From Patescibacteria group bacterium (GTDB lineage: Bacteria; Patescibacteriota; Minisyncoccia; 2-02-FULL-40-12; IGHO2-01-FULL-4-A): a DNA stretch of 51,479 nucleotides. The stretch is from the NCBI GenBank assembly GCA_038064015.1, contig JBBTUB010000012.1:1-51479 (forward strand). The letters run 5' to 3'. Positions 1 through 9,658 of the stretch are shown here, piece by piece. The position numbers and the translations under genes are program-made. The first letter of the stretch is position 1; each line of letters begins with the position of its first letter. Under the pieces are notes generated by a model that saw nothing but the letters and a program-made list of their open reading frames with translations, was not told where the DNA came from and did not search any database.

Positions 1-43
1 TCTCTTAGAACAGTACTCATAGGTTGTTACCAGATTTCTAACG

Positions 44-422
44 GGGCTTGACCGGATTTGATGGGAGCACGTTTACAACAAGCGCACGCCGAGCTCGCAC
101 ACACCTCGCCAAACTATGTGCAAAATTATAAGTGCTAAAAACACCTATTCAATGCCAAGCTATGCCCCTATGGGATATGGCTTCGCAACTGCCTAACATC
201 GTTTAAGCAGTCGTTCTACCGGGGATACTCGCTTACCGGCTAGGGCGTCATCAGCGAGTAACGTCACGAACCTGGTTGCTATGACGGATTCGTGCCGTAC
301 TACCCATGGCACGCGAGGGACTTTTCGTCCGTTTACCGGTCCTTCATGTATACAAACGGTCTACGCGTGTAGTGCTTGTGTAGCAATGCTTTCAGACGGG
401 AGTTCGACTCTCCCCGAGTCCA
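44..422 (+). ncRNA. ssrA: tmRNA (transfer-messenger RNA), one-piece
   Basis: 5' GGGCUUG (44-50) pairs with CGAGUCC (415-421), including the G3:U wobble. T-arm GGGAG/UUCGACU/CUCCC lies at 398-414 and the discriminator is A422. The 5' end GGGGCUUGACCGGAUUUGAUGGGA resembles the canonical tmRNA 5' end. An internal tag frame is present. CCA is not encoded. Confidence 0.8.
134..196 (+). other. putative tmRNA tag-peptide frame (AKNTYSMPSYAPMGYGFATA-stop)
   Basis: GCU resume codon at 134 follows an A/U-rich stretch and the in-frame UAA is at 194-196. The C-terminus is hydrophobic and Ala-terminal. The position inside the tmRNA is typical. Confidence 0.45.
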
Positions 423-433
423 CAAAACTAAAA

Positions 434-457
434 CAATCCGCCATGGCGGATTGTTTT
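434..457 (+). terminator. rho-independent terminator after ssrA
   Basis: Palindrome CAATCCGCC-ATGG-CGGATTG followed by TTTT. Confidence 0.6.
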
Positions 458-541
458 ATTGTATAAATAAATCTTATCGTGCTAAACTTAAGAGATAATC
501 ACCGCCATATCCGCCACGGCGAGATAGCGCGGAAACTTTTT

Positions 542-883
542 ATGGATGAACCAATGAACCAAGCGGCGACCCCGGCACCGATGCCTGCAAGCGATACGGA
601 GCAGCATAAAGTATTCGCGATCGTGGGATATATCATTCCGATTATTTTCTTTATCCCGATGTTGAGCGAAAGCGGCAAGAAAAGCGCCTTTGCCATGTTT
701 CACGCCAACCAACAGCTGGTGTTGCTCATCACGTGGTTGGTGGGTTGGGTAACATCCTTTATTCTCATCGGATTCTTTATCTCGATCTTCGCCTTTATCC
801 TCATGATCATCGGCATCATCAACGCCGCCGGCGGCCATATGAAAAAGCTCCCCCTCATCGGAAGCATCACGATCCTGAAGTAG
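542..883 (+). CDS. small polytopic membrane protein, DUF4870-like
   Basis: ORF 479-883; ATG at 542 preferred because 479 lies only about 20 nt past the ssrA terminator. Hydrophobic segments plus an FHANQQL motif resemble DUF4870. Confidence 0.6.
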   Translation: MDEPMNQAATPAPMPASDTEQHKVFAIVGYIIPIIFFIPMLSESGKKSAFAMFHANQQLVLLITWLVGWVTSFILIGFFISIFAFILMIIGIINAAGGHMKKLPLIGSITILK

Positions 884-1741
884 TCACTTCTTCGCGTGAA
901 ACCGCTCATGTACTTCGCGGAGCTGTTTGTCGGTGACATGCGTGTAGATTTGGGTTGTCGTGACGGACGCGTGCCCGAGCATAGCCTGGACGGAGCGGAT
1001 ATCGGCGCCATTGCGTAGCAAATCGGTGGCAAAATTGTGGCGCAAGGTATGCGGATGCACGCTTTTGCCGATAATGCCGGCTTTGATGGCGTACTTTTTG
1101 ACGATCCGCTGGACTGAGCGAGGCGTGAGGGGAAAAAGCTCCGGCTCGATATCGGTGCGTTTAGCCAGGTACGTTTTGATAGCGGCACGTGCCGTGGCTG
1201 ACAAGAACACGACTCGAATCTTACTCCCCTTCCCGCGTACCGAGAATTCTCCCCGATCCAGATCAATTTCAGCGTGCTTGAGCGACACGAGCTCGGACAC
1301 GCGAAGGCCCGTAGAAAAGAGCGTTTCGAGGATCGCACGGTCACGAGGATCTTCGGGAGATTTGAGAAACCGCTCCAGCTCGCCCTCATCCAAAAACGTC
1401 ACTTCGCGGTCTTCTTGCTTTGCCAGCTCAAGCTTTTCAGGCGCCAGCGCTTTGATGTCGCGCTTGGATAGATATTTGAGAAACGTCCGCAGGGCGATGA
1501 TGTGGTAGTTCTGGGTAATTTTCTTGAGGGGCTTTCCATGAGCATCTAAGAAACGATTCAAATGCAGTCGGAACTTGCGAACGCCTTCTTCGGTGATATC
1601 CCCAGGAGTTTTTGCCTCCAAAAACTTGAGGACGCGGCTGAGATAGTGGTCATAGTTCTGGACGGTCTTGGGTGAGCGATTTTTTTCAATTTCCAAGTAC
1701 TCCAAAAAGTCACTTTTAAGTCGCACAATATCCATTTGCAA
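884..1741 (-). CDS. tyrosine recombinase, XerC/XerD-like
   Basis: 285 aa. N-terminal SAM-like domain (FLEYLEIEKNRSPKTVQNY). C-terminal catalytic motifs HTLRHNFATDLL and GHASVTTTQIYTHV. Confidence 0.85.
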   Translation of the reverse strand: MQMDIVRLKSDFLEYLEIEKNRSPKTVQNYDHYLSRVLKFLEAKTPGDITEEGVRKFRLHLNRFLDAHGKPLKKITQNYHIIALRTFLKYLSKRDIKALAPEKLELAKQEDREVTFLDEGELERFLKSPEDPRDRAILETLFSTGLRVSELVSLKHAEIDLDRGEFSVRGKGSKIRVVFLSATARAAIKTYLAKRTDIEPELFPLTPRSVQRIVKKYAIKAGIIGKSVHPHTLRHNFATDLLRNGADIRSVQAMLGHASVTTTQIYTHVTDKQLREVHERFHAKK

Positions 1742-1770
1742 ATCTTACCAAGATATGATATCGTGTGTCC

Positions 1771-2037
1771 ATGCTTACGCCCCAGCAAAAAGGCAAAATA
1801 ATTTCTTCCAGTGCCGTCCACGACGGAGACACCGGTTCGCCTGAAGTACAGGTCGCACTCTTTAGTGCGGAAATTGAGCGGCTTTCAAAACACCTGAAGA
1901 AGCATACTAAAGACAACAGCTCGCGCCGCGGCCTTTTGAAAATGGTTGCCAAGCGCAAGCGATTGATGGACTACCTCAAGCGCGACAACCCGGAGAGCCA
2001 CGCGAAAGTAGCAAAAGCGCATATTTTGCGGGCCTAG
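1771..2037 (+). CDS. rpsO: 30S ribosomal protein S15
   Basis: DTGSPEVQVALFSAEIERLSKHLKKHTKDNSSRRGLLKMVAKRKRLMDYL is typical S15. ATG 1771 preferred over GTG 1765. Confidence 0.9.
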   Translation: MLTPQQKGKIISSSAVHDGDTGSPEVQVALFSAEIERLSKHLKKHTKDNSSRRGLLKMVAKRKRLMDYLKRDNPESHAKVAKAHILRA

Positions 2038-2076
2038 TTTTTTTTCTAAGTTTTTATATTTTCATAATTTTCCCCG

Positions 2077-2619
2077 ATGCCCGTTTCTATCAAGAAGGCC
2101 CCTACCCTTGTGAATAAAATCGAGTCAGAGCACCAACGAGTGGGCGTGTTTGTCGATGCGCAAAACATGTACCACACCGCGAAGAATCTCTACCACGCGA
2201 AGGTGAATTTCAAGAAAATCCTCGAGGAATCCGTCGGCGCTCGCAAGCTGATCAGAGCATTCGTCTACGTGATCAAAACCGAGACCGGAGAAGAAGCGGC
2301 ATTCGTAGAAGCCCTCGAAAAAAGCGGCTATGAGATCAAGATCAAGGATTTGCAAATCTTCAGCAGTGGAGCCAAGAAAGCCGATTGGGACGTCGGCATG
2401 GCCATCGACGCGGTGATTTTGGCCGATAAAATCGACGTTGCCGTGATTGTTTCCGGCGACGGCGATATGATCCCCCTCGTCGAGTATCTCAAGATTAACA
2501 AAGGCCTCAAAGTCGAGGCAATGTCCTTTGGCCGCAGCACGTCAGGCAAGCTCAAAGAAGTCGTCGATGTTTTTCATGATCTTGAGACTGATGTGAAGAA
2601 GTTCTTGATGTATTCGTAA
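2077..2619 (+). CDS. NYN-domain (LabA/DUF88-like) predicted RNase
   Basis: VGVFVDAQNMYH ... VAVIVSGDGDMIPLVEYL matches the NYN/LabA acidic-residue pattern. Confidence 0.75.
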   Translation: MPVSIKKAPTLVNKIESEHQRVGVFVDAQNMYHTAKNLYHAKVNFKKILEESVGARKLIRAFVYVIKTETGEEAAFVEALEKSGYEIKIKDLQIFSSGAKKADWDVGMAIDAVILADKIDVAVIVSGDGDMIPLVEYLKINKGLKVEAMSFGRSTSGKLKEVVDVFHDLETDVKKFLMYS

Positions 2620-2756
2620 ACTGTGCTATTGTTTCAATAGTAACTTAAACCAGTGTAAGCGGGACGAGGAATAGATCAAAGGGGCATTCGCCAAAGCTTT
2701 TTTCAGAAAGTTTCGGCCAAAATCTCTTACTCTCCTCTCTTCGCTGTCGGTGCAGT

Positions 2757-4829
2757 ATGGCAGTAAAAAAATATACCCGCGAGATCGCGGGGAGAACGTT
2801 GACGGTGGAGCTTGGCAAATTGGCCCAGCTCGCCGATGGCTCGTGTTATGTACAGTACGGTGGGACGGCGGTGCTCGTCACGGCGATCATGGCCAAGAAG
2901 CTCGCCAGTGCCGATTATTTTCCCTTATCGGTAGAGTACGAAGAACGGTATTACGCGGCAGGCAAAATCAAAGGCTCAAAGTGGATCAAGCGCGAGGCGC
3001 GCCCTTCCGAGGAAGCGATCCTGGCGGGCCGCTTGATTGACCGTGCCCTTCGCCCGCGGTTCGACACCGCGATCCGCAACGACCTCCAGGTTATCATCAC
3101 GGTGCTTTCCTTTGACCGAGTCAACGATCCCGATATTATCGGGCTTTTTGGCGCTTCGCTGGCGCTCATGATTTCCGATATTCCTTTTGACGGGCCGGTT
3201 GCTGGCGTGCGCGTGGGGCGTTCCGATGGAAAAATGGTTACCAATCCTACCTATGCAGATCGCCTGAAAAGCGACTATGATGTCGTCGTTGCGGGTACTT
3301 CAAAGCGCATGAATATGATCGAAACGGGGGCGAAGATCGTGCCCGAAGCGGATATCGTCAGCGCCGTTTCGTATGGTTTCAAAGAGCTTCAGCAGATGAT
3401 TGATTTTCAGAAAGAAATCGCCGCTGATGTCGCTCCGACCAAGCGCGAAGTGCGCAAAGTTTCACATGATGAGGCGCTGATCAAGCTGGTGCAGGATTTC
3501 GCTCATGCGAAGCTCGACGCCGTGCTGTACACCAGTAACAAGAAAGAATATGTCGATGGCATGGCGCGGCTCCACGAAGAGCTTGAAGCGCTCGTCGAGA
3601 AAGAAAAGCTCGCAGAGGCCAAGGCTATCTTTGAAGAAGCAGTGGATCATGTGGTCCACAAAAATATTATTGAGTCCGAGAAACGACCGGACGGGCGCCG
3701 CGTGGATGAACTTCGAGCACTTTCCGCGGAAGTCGCCTTACTCCCGAACACGCATGGGTCCGGACTTTTCCAGCGTGGGACAACCCAGTCACTCTCGATT
3801 CTCACTCTCGGCGCTCCCGGACTTGAGCAATGGGTGGAGACGATGGAAATCGATCTGACGAAAAAGCGCTTCATGCATCACTACGTATTCCCGCCGTTTA
3901 GCGTGGGCGAGGTGGGACGATTGGGTGCGCCCCGACGCCGTGATATCGGCCATGGATTCTTGGCTGAGCGCGCGCTTGAGCCACTCCTCCCGCCCAAGGA
4001 AGAATTCCCCTATACCATTCGCGTGGTGTCTGAAACCTTAGCGTCCAACGGATCTTCTTCTATGGCTTCGGTCTGCGGATCATCGCTTGCCATGATGGAC
4101 GGCGGCATACCCATCAAAAGCCCGGCAGCCGGTATCGCCATGGGGTTGATGTTTGATGAAAAAGGCGAGAAGTACAAAGTTCTCACTGATATCCAAGGCC
4201 CCGAAGATCATCATGGCGATATGGACATGAAAGTTGCCGGCACCCGCGATGGTATCACCGCCATGCAGATGGATGTCAAAATCGAGGGCATCACCGAGGA
4301 GATTCTTGCCAAAACGCTTGATCAAGCCCGTAAAGCCCGCCTTGAGATTCTCGATGCCATGGCGAAGGCGATCACGACTTCCCGTGCCGAGCTTTCAAAG
4401 TTTGCCCCTCGCGTCATGACGATTCAAATCAATCCCGAAAAGATCGGTGCTCTCATCGGCCCCGGAGGCAAGATCATTAATAAGATTATCGATGAGACCG
4501 GCGTTGCTATTGATATCGATGATAGCGGCCTTGTCTTTGTAACATCAGACAATCCCGACGCAATGGAGGCAGCCAAAAAACTCATCAACGCCATCACGTT
4601 CGAAGCAAAGCCAGGCGATGAATTTGAAGGAAGAGTGACACGTCTGCTAGACTTTGGCGCCATGGTGGAGTACTTGCCGGGCAAAGACGGCCTCGTGCAC
4701 GTGAGCGAGATCGAGACCAGCGAAAAAATCCGACGACCATCCGATGTGCTCAAGGTCGGGCAAGTTATCCACGTTCGAGTTAAAAATATTGATGAGTATG
4801 GTAGAATAAATCTGACGATGAAAAAATAA
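2757..4829 (+). CDS. pnp: polyribonucleotide nucleotidyltransferase (PNPase)
   Basis: 690 aa with two RNase PH-like domains, a KH domain (GPGGKIINKIIDETG) and a C-terminal S1 domain (GRVTRLLDFGAMVEYLPGKDGLVHVSE). Confidence 0.95.
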   Translation: MAVKKYTREIAGRTLTVELGKLAQLADGSCYVQYGGTAVLVTAIMAKKLASADYFPLSVEYEERYYAAGKIKGSKWIKREARPSEEAILAGRLIDRALRPRFDTAIRNDLQVIITVLSFDRVNDPDIIGLFGASLALMISDIPFDGPVAGVRVGRSDGKMVTNPTYADRLKSDYDVVVAGTSKRMNMIETGAKIVPEADIVSAVSYGFKELQQMIDFQKEIAADVAPTKREVRKVSHDEALIKLVQDFAHAKLDAVLYTSNKKEYVDGMARLHEELEALVEKEKLAEAKAIFEEAVDHVVHKNIIESEKRPDGRRVDELRALSAEVALLPNTHGSGLFQRGTTQSLSILTLGAPGLEQWVETMEIDLTKKRFMHHYVFPPFSVGEVGRLGAPRRRDIGHGFLAERALEPLLPPKEEFPYTIRVVSETLASNGSSSMASVCGSSLAMMDGGIPIKSPAAGIAMGLMFDEKGEKYKVLTDIQGPEDHHGDMDMKVAGTRDGITAMQMDVKIEGITEEILAKTLDQARKARLEILDAMAKAITTSRAELSKFAPRVMTIQINPEKIGALIGPGGKIINKIIDETGVAIDIDDSGLVFVTSDNPDAMEAAKKLINAITFEAKPGDEFEGRVTRLLDFGAMVEYLPGKDGLVHVSEIETSEKIRRPSDVLKVGQVIHVRVKNIDEYGRINLTMKK

Positions 4830-4841
4830 TAATTTTTTTGT

Positions 4842-6017
4842 ATGGCAGATCAACCACAAGCACCGATTCCTCCAAAGCCCGTCCCTCCCGCATTCTCTCG
4901 CCCCGTTCCTCCGCCAGCTCCCGCACCTATTTCCCCCGCTCCTCTTCAGGGACTTCAAGTCAAAGATACCAATATCTCCCACCTTTCGCCTTCACCCGCG
5001 CCTTTTAGCGGCACCGCAGTGCCTCCCGTTCGCACGATGAGCAGTGATTTAGGGGCGAAGCCCGCAGCACCCGTGGCTCCTCCAGCGCCTCCAATCTCTC
5101 CGCCTCGGCCCTTGCCCCCACCACCAGCGCCCGTGGTGCGACCTCCAGCCCCTGCTCCGGCTATGCCACCGCGGCCTATCGCGCCACCTACTCCCATCCG
5201 CCCTCCCGCCATATCAGTACCTGCGGCTCCGGTGAGTATTCCCCCTTCCTCTTCGGGGGGTGGTGGCAAGAAATGGATTATGATTGGCGTTGCCGGTCTG
5301 ATCGTGATTATCGGCCTGATATGGTTCCTTGCTACTCGCGGATCCGAGCCGGAAGTAACTCCGACACCTACGCCCACCGAGGAGCCCACCCCGACACCTA
5401 CTCCGGTCCCGCAAGGATTTGAGAATATATTTCCGCTGGATTCCACCCTCCTCCTGTATAGATCTGCTGCAGGTGCTCGTGTTGCTTTAGATACATTCAA
5501 TACATCGATCAATCAACAAACCCTGGCACCAGGAAGTCTCAAAATGTACCGTGTCGGGATTTCTCAAAGTGATAATCTTGCCGTCACACCTGCTGGGTTA
5601 CTGACTGATCTTGGGATTACGATGCCTACCGATCTATCAGGGGTTCTTGAGGTCAATACACCCATCGTATTTAGCCTTTTCGGCAAGCCTGATAGTACCA
5701 ATGGCCGCGGCTTTTTGCTGAAGCTGCAACCTGCCGCCAATGCCGAGGCAATCCTGGCATCATGGGAATCTACGATGACCACCGCGCTTAAAGACCTATT
5801 CAAGATCACGCCTTCGCGCGCTGCCAGTACGGGATTTCTTGAGAATACCTACCAAGGCGTCAAAGTCCGCTACCGCAATTTTGGTGACGCGCTGAATAGT
5901 ATTGACTATGCCGTCTTGACCATGCCCAACGGCGACCGCTACATCGTTTTCACCAACACCCGCGACCATATATTCCGTGTCATCGACACACTCGTAGGCG
6001 CGGTACCTGGCAAGTAG
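4842..6017 (+). CDS. hypothetical single-pass membrane protein with Pro-rich N-terminus
   Basis: About 150 aa of P/A-rich sequence, one TM segment (WIMIGVAGLIVIIGLIWFLA), a TPTPTP linker, then a roughly 190-aa C-terminal domain of unknown function. Confidence 0.6.
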   Translation: MADQPQAPIPPKPVPPAFSRPVPPPAPAPISPAPLQGLQVKDTNISHLSPSPAPFSGTAVPPVRTMSSDLGAKPAAPVAPPAPPISPPRPLPPPPAPVVRPPAPAPAMPPRPIAPPTPIRPPAISVPAAPVSIPPSSSGGGGKKWIMIGVAGLIVIIGLIWFLATRGSEPEVTPTPTPTEEPTPTPTPVPQGFENIFPLDSTLLLYRSAAGARVALDTFNTSINQQTLAPGSLKMYRVGISQSDNLAVTPAGLLTDLGITMPTDLSGVLEVNTPIVFSLFGKPDSTNGRGFLLKLQPAANAEAILASWESTMTTALKDLFKITPSRAASTGFLENTYQGVKVRYRNFGDALNSIDYAVLTMPNGDRYIVFTNTRDHIFRVIDTLVGAVPGK

Positions 6018-6048
6018 ATTTTTCTCTCCTCCCATGCTACGCTGAGGC

Positions 6049-6426
6049 ATGGACCAACAACACATTCAACAACTTACCAAGACGCTCCTTGAAGAAAAGG
6101 CGAAGATTGAGGCGGAGCTAAGCCGTATCGCGGTAAAAAATCCCAACATTAAAGGCGATTGGACTTCGGTGCCTCAAGACATGGCTGACCCCGCCGATAG
6201 TTTGGATGAAAAGGCTCAGACCGTGACCAATCTCGAAGAGCGGCGTGCCATCGAGCAAAGCCTCGAGCTGCGCCTCAAGGAAATCGCCGCTGCGCTCCAG
6301 CAACTTGATGCCGGCACCTATGGCATTTGCACTGACTGCTCAAAACCTATCCATGAGAAGCGGCTTGCGGCGGTGACGACTGCGAATCTTTGTATGGACT
6401 GTGCCAGCAAGGTGACTTTTTCCTAA
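6049..6426 (+). CDS. DksA/TraR-family C4 zinc-finger protein
   Basis: Coiled-coil N-terminus and CTDCSKPIHEKRLAAVTTANLCMDC (CxxC-17-CxxC). Confidence 0.8.
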   Translation: MDQQHIQQLTKTLLEEKAKIEAELSRIAVKNPNIKGDWTSVPQDMADPADSLDEKAQTVTNLEERRAIEQSLELRLKEIAAALQQLDAGTYGICTDCSKPIHEKRLAAVTTANLCMDCASKVTFS

Positions 6427-6431
6427 ATCCC

Positions 6432-7973
6432 ATGCCTTCAATTCGTGTTTTTTCCGGTGCCGCGCTCGGCCTCTCAGCCTTCCCGGTGGAAGTCGAGGTG
6501 GATTCGACGCCGGGGCTTCACTTTTTCAATATTGTCGGGCTTCCCGACAAGACGGTCGAAGAGTCCAAGGATCGCATCGCCTCCGCGATCAAAAATAGCG
6601 GCTTTATCGCCCCAAAACAGAAGAATCAGCGCATTATCGTCAACCTCGCACCCGCCGACGTGCGCAAGGAAGGGTCGGGCTTTGATGTCCCGATCGCCCT
6701 GGGCTATCTCCTGGCCACCAAGCAAATCAAATTCCTCACGGCCAAGCGCTTGTTTTTTGGCGAGCTGGCGCTCGACGGCCTGGTCCGCAAGATCGTCGGC
6801 GTGCTTCCGCTGGTCAGCATGGCGCGCGACCAAGGCTATGAAGAAGTCATTCTCCCACAAGAAAACGTTCCCGAGGCTTCGGCAATTTCGGGCATCAATA
6901 TCATCGGCGTCAGTTCATTGGCTCAATGCATTGGATACCTGGAGGGCACGGTAAAGCTTTCCCCGGCGCGGCCTTTGAACTATGCCGAGCACCTCAAGAA
7001 TACCGACATAAGCGGTTCTAGTATGGACGATATCAAAGGCCAAGAGCAGGCCAAGCGCGCTCTGATGATTGCCGCCGGTGGCGGCCATAATATCCTCATG
7101 CACGGCCCGCCGGGATCCGGTAAGACACTCTTGGCGCGTGCCTTAGCGGGCATCATGCCCCTGATGAACCACGAAGAAGCGATCGAAGTCACCAAAATCT
7201 ACAGCGTCGCGGGACTCATGGGCGACACTCCCCTGATCACCCAGCGGCCATTTCGAAGTCCCCATCACTCGACGTCATCGGTCGCTATTGTGGGCGGCGG
7301 GAGCTGGCCGCGCCCCGGAGAGATTACGCTTGCTCATCGCGGCGTGTTATTTCTTGATGAATTCCCCGAGTTCCCCCGTACTGTCATTGAGGCGCTTCGA
7401 CAGCCCATGGAGCAGGGCGAAGTCGTGGTATCGCGCGCGGCAACCTCGGTCAAATTCCCCGCCCGCTTCATGCTCGTCGCCGCCATGAATCCCTGTCCGT
7501 GCGGCAATCATGGCGATCCGGTCAAAGCATGCATTTGCACGGAGCCGATGATTGCCAGATACCAAAAGAAAATATCAGGTCCTATCCTGGACCGTATTGA
7601 TATCCAGATCAATGTTGCGCGTGAACAGTACGATAAGCTCGCTTCGGATGCTCCCCCGACAGGGCCAAGCCCACAATCCATGCGAGCAACCATTGCGGGG
7701 CTTCGTGGATTTCAGCGTGAGCGCTTTGTGGGCACTCCCCTACTTACCAATAGCGAGATGGGGCCACGAGAAATCCAAAAATATTGTAAACTGGACACCG
7801 TGTCCAATGATTTTATGCGCAAAATTGTCACCACCCATAACCTTTCGGGACGTGGGTACCATAAGATTTTAAAGCTCGCCCGAACGATTGCCGATCTTGA
7901 AAAAAGCCCGAACATCGGCATGAATCATCTCGCCGAGGCGGTTAATTATCGTATCCAAAGTGAGGTAATCTGA
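6432..7973 (+). CDS. Mg-chelatase-like AAA+ ATPase YifB/ComM
   Basis: Lon-protease-like N-domain, Walker A GPPGSGKT, VLFLDEFPEF, and a C-terminal ChlI/MCM-like region. ATG 6432 preferred over the longer ORF start at 6390. Confidence 0.9.
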   Translation: MPSIRVFSGAALGLSAFPVEVEVDSTPGLHFFNIVGLPDKTVEESKDRIASAIKNSGFIAPKQKNQRIIVNLAPADVRKEGSGFDVPIALGYLLATKQIKFLTAKRLFFGELALDGLVRKIVGVLPLVSMARDQGYEEVILPQENVPEASAISGINIIGVSSLAQCIGYLEGTVKLSPARPLNYAEHLKNTDISGSSMDDIKGQEQAKRALMIAAGGGHNILMHGPPGSGKTLLARALAGIMPLMNHEEAIEVTKIYSVAGLMGDTPLITQRPFRSPHHSTSSVAIVGGGSWPRPGEITLAHRGVLFLDEFPEFPRTVIEALRQPMEQGEVVVSRAATSVKFPARFMLVAAMNPCPCGNHGDPVKACICTEPMIARYQKKISGPILDRIDIQINVAREQYDKLASDAPPTGPSPQSMRATIAGLRGFQRERFVGTPLLTNSEMGPREIQKYCKLDTVSNDFMRKIVTTHNLSGRGYHKILKLARTIADLEKSPNIGMNHLAEAVNYRIQSEVI

Positions 7974-8021
7974 TATTTGCCATTTGGCAACTATTGTATT
8001 TTAACCCCATTTTTCCTAGTT

Positions 8022-8055
8022 AATAATAGTGGACATGGTGTCCACTATTATTTTT
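8022..8055. terminator. bidirectional hairpin between convergent genes
   Basis: Perfect 14-bp stem AATAATAGTGGACA / TGTCCACTATTATT (8022-8035 / 8039-8052) with a 3-nt loop, flanked by T/A runs. Confidence 0.6.
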
Positions 8056-9121
8056 ATTGCTGTTTGGCGATGACCTGACCACGAATCGGATAGCGGGCAA
8101 GAATGTTGTATGCTCCGTGCACTTCAACATGGAGATGCGGACCTGTAGATTTTCCAGTATTGCCCATATAGCCAATTACCTGCCCTTGGCTCACCGTTTC
8201 CCCTACTGATACAAGCGCTTGACTCAAATGACCATAGAGCGTCTCAGTGCCGTTGGCGTGAGTTATTCTAACCATTCTTCCATAGCCATGATAATTTCCA
8301 GTTGCCTGTACAAAATTAACTTGGCCACTTGCCATGGCATAAATCGGAGTTCCTACTTTGGCGGCGCAGTCATAGCCATTTCGAATATGGGCGCGCTGGG
8401 TGATGATACATGTCGCCGGGGTGATGTAGTAACCATCAAACTTTGGCAATCCCGCAAAGCGCTTACTGCCGGCCACGGGACGTACCGTAGCGACTGCCTT
8501 GGGCGCGAGAACGCCACCGGGTATGATTAACTCTTGTCCGATTCTGAGATCCCCAGAAAGAGGCAGGTCGTTGTACGAGACGATTTTATCGCTTGCCGCC
8601 TTGTATTTTTGAGCTATGGATCCTACCGTATCCCCTGACTTCACCACATGCACGACGCCATCGATGGGCGGAATGGTAAGAATCGTTCCCGGTTTCAGGG
8701 CATTAATGTTGGAGATATTATTGGCCGCAATGAGCGTCTGTATGCTGAGGTCATAGTCAAAAGCGATCTCAGAAAGTACATCGCCTCCTTGGACTTCATA
8801 TTTTCGTATACCATTGGACTCCTCTTCATGATCTATGGCGGACGCATCAACCGTTTGATATGCAAGCAAAGAACTTTCCTGAACGGTTGCTAATGTCTCC
8901 GTTCTGATGAGTTTACCGGAGCTTCCCAGGCTTCCCATCAAGCTATTGATATCGAACATTTGAGCCTGTGAAAGCTCAGAGGCAACCGTCGAGGCCGCGG
9001 TTCCCTCAATCGTGCTTGCCACCACCGTATCAAAAACGCTGGTTGTCCCAGCGCCCTTAAATGCAATGAGTCCGATGGCCAGCGCAATAACGCCAATAAA
9101 GCCGACCGAGTCGTTTTTCAT
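8054..9121 (-). CDS. LysM-domain M23 family metallopeptidase
   Basis: N-terminal TM segment, two LysM repeats (GDVLSEIAFDYDLSIQTLIAANN; GDTVGSIAQKYKAASDKIVSYN) and the M23 motif GYMGNTGKSTGPHLHVEVH. Confidence 0.9.
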   Translation of the reverse strand: MKNDSVGFIGVIALAIGLIAFKGAGTTSVFDTVVASTIEGTAASTVASELSQAQMFDINSLMGSLGSSGKLIRTETLATVQESSLLAYQTVDASAIDHEEESNGIRKYEVQGGDVLSEIAFDYDLSIQTLIAANNISNINALKPGTILTIPPIDGVVHVVKSGDTVGSIAQKYKAASDKIVSYNDLPLSGDLRIGQELIIPGGVLAPKAVATVRPVAGSKRFAGLPKFDGYYITPATCIITQRAHIRNGYDCAAKVGTPIYAMASGQVNFVQATGNYHGYGRMVRITHANGTETLYGHLSQALVSVGETVSQGQVIGYMGNTGKSTGPHLHVEVHGAYNILARYPIRGQVIAKQQ

Positions 9122-9280
9122 GAATCTTATACAGTGTTCGATGGTCGTATGAGTGCTAATTTCTTTAGGAATTTGCAGGACTCTACGTCTTTTCAGCTAG
9201 GATCCAGTTTAGCCGATCGAGCCTCTCCAGTCAACCGCTTTTAGTTGATAAGAAGTGTTATTTTTGTTTCACTAGAAACT

Positions 9281-9658
9281 GTGGAAGACACAAAAATTCT
9301 TGGTAATCGGGCAGAAACTGTCGCGGCTACGTACCTGGAAACCAAGGGGTATAGGGTCTTAGAGCGAAATTATCGCAAACCCTGGGCTGAGATCGACATT
9401 ATTGCCAGGTACGAAGACGTCGTCGTGTTTGTTGAGGTGAAGGCAAATGCCAAAGATTTTGGGCATGAGTTCAATCCAGAAGTGCGGGTGGATCATAAGA
9501 AGCTCGCCAAGATCACTCGCGCGGCGCCGCTCTACCTGGAGTACACCTACAAGAACATGAATACCGAATGGCGTGTAGATATCGTTTCTGTTACATTCGT
9601 AGGAGAAGCCAAGGCGCATATCACCCATTTTAAAAATGTCGCAGAAGCCCAAAACTAA
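9281..9658 (+). CDS. YraN-family (UPF0102) endonuclease-like protein
   Basis: GNRAETVAATYLETKGYRVLERNYR..EIDIIA..VVFVEVKA. Start uncertain: GTG 9281 or TTG 9245. Confidence 0.75.
   Translation: MEDTKILGNRAETVAATYLETKGYRVLERNYRKPWAEIDIIARYEDVVVFVEVKANAKDFGHEFNPEVRVDHKKLAKITRAAPLYLEYTYKNMNTEWRVDIVSVTFVGEAKAHITHFKNVAEAQN

Noticed and set aside
281-466. 61-aa ORF
   Set aside because: It lies inside the tmRNA gene and its terminator.
44-1741. ssrA-associated genomic island (recombinase 460 bp downstream of the tmRNA)
   Set aside because: The recombinase looks like a housekeeping XerC/D type. Only one small membrane gene lies in between. I found no direct repeat of the tmRNA 3' end downstream by eye. 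A proper attL/attR repeat search was not possible, so this rejection is tentative.
5355-5410. Short tandem ACNCCN repeats (also at 48821-48860 and 49107-49240) as possible non-coding repeats or an array
   Set aside because: They are in frame within ORFs and encode (Thr-Pro)n interdomain linkers. There is no spacer/repeat organisation.
4955-5512. 185-aa minus-strand ORF rich in Gly/Ala/Arg
   Set aside because: It is the mirror image of the Pro-rich coding region of the plus-strand gene 4842-6017. This is a typical antisense artefact.
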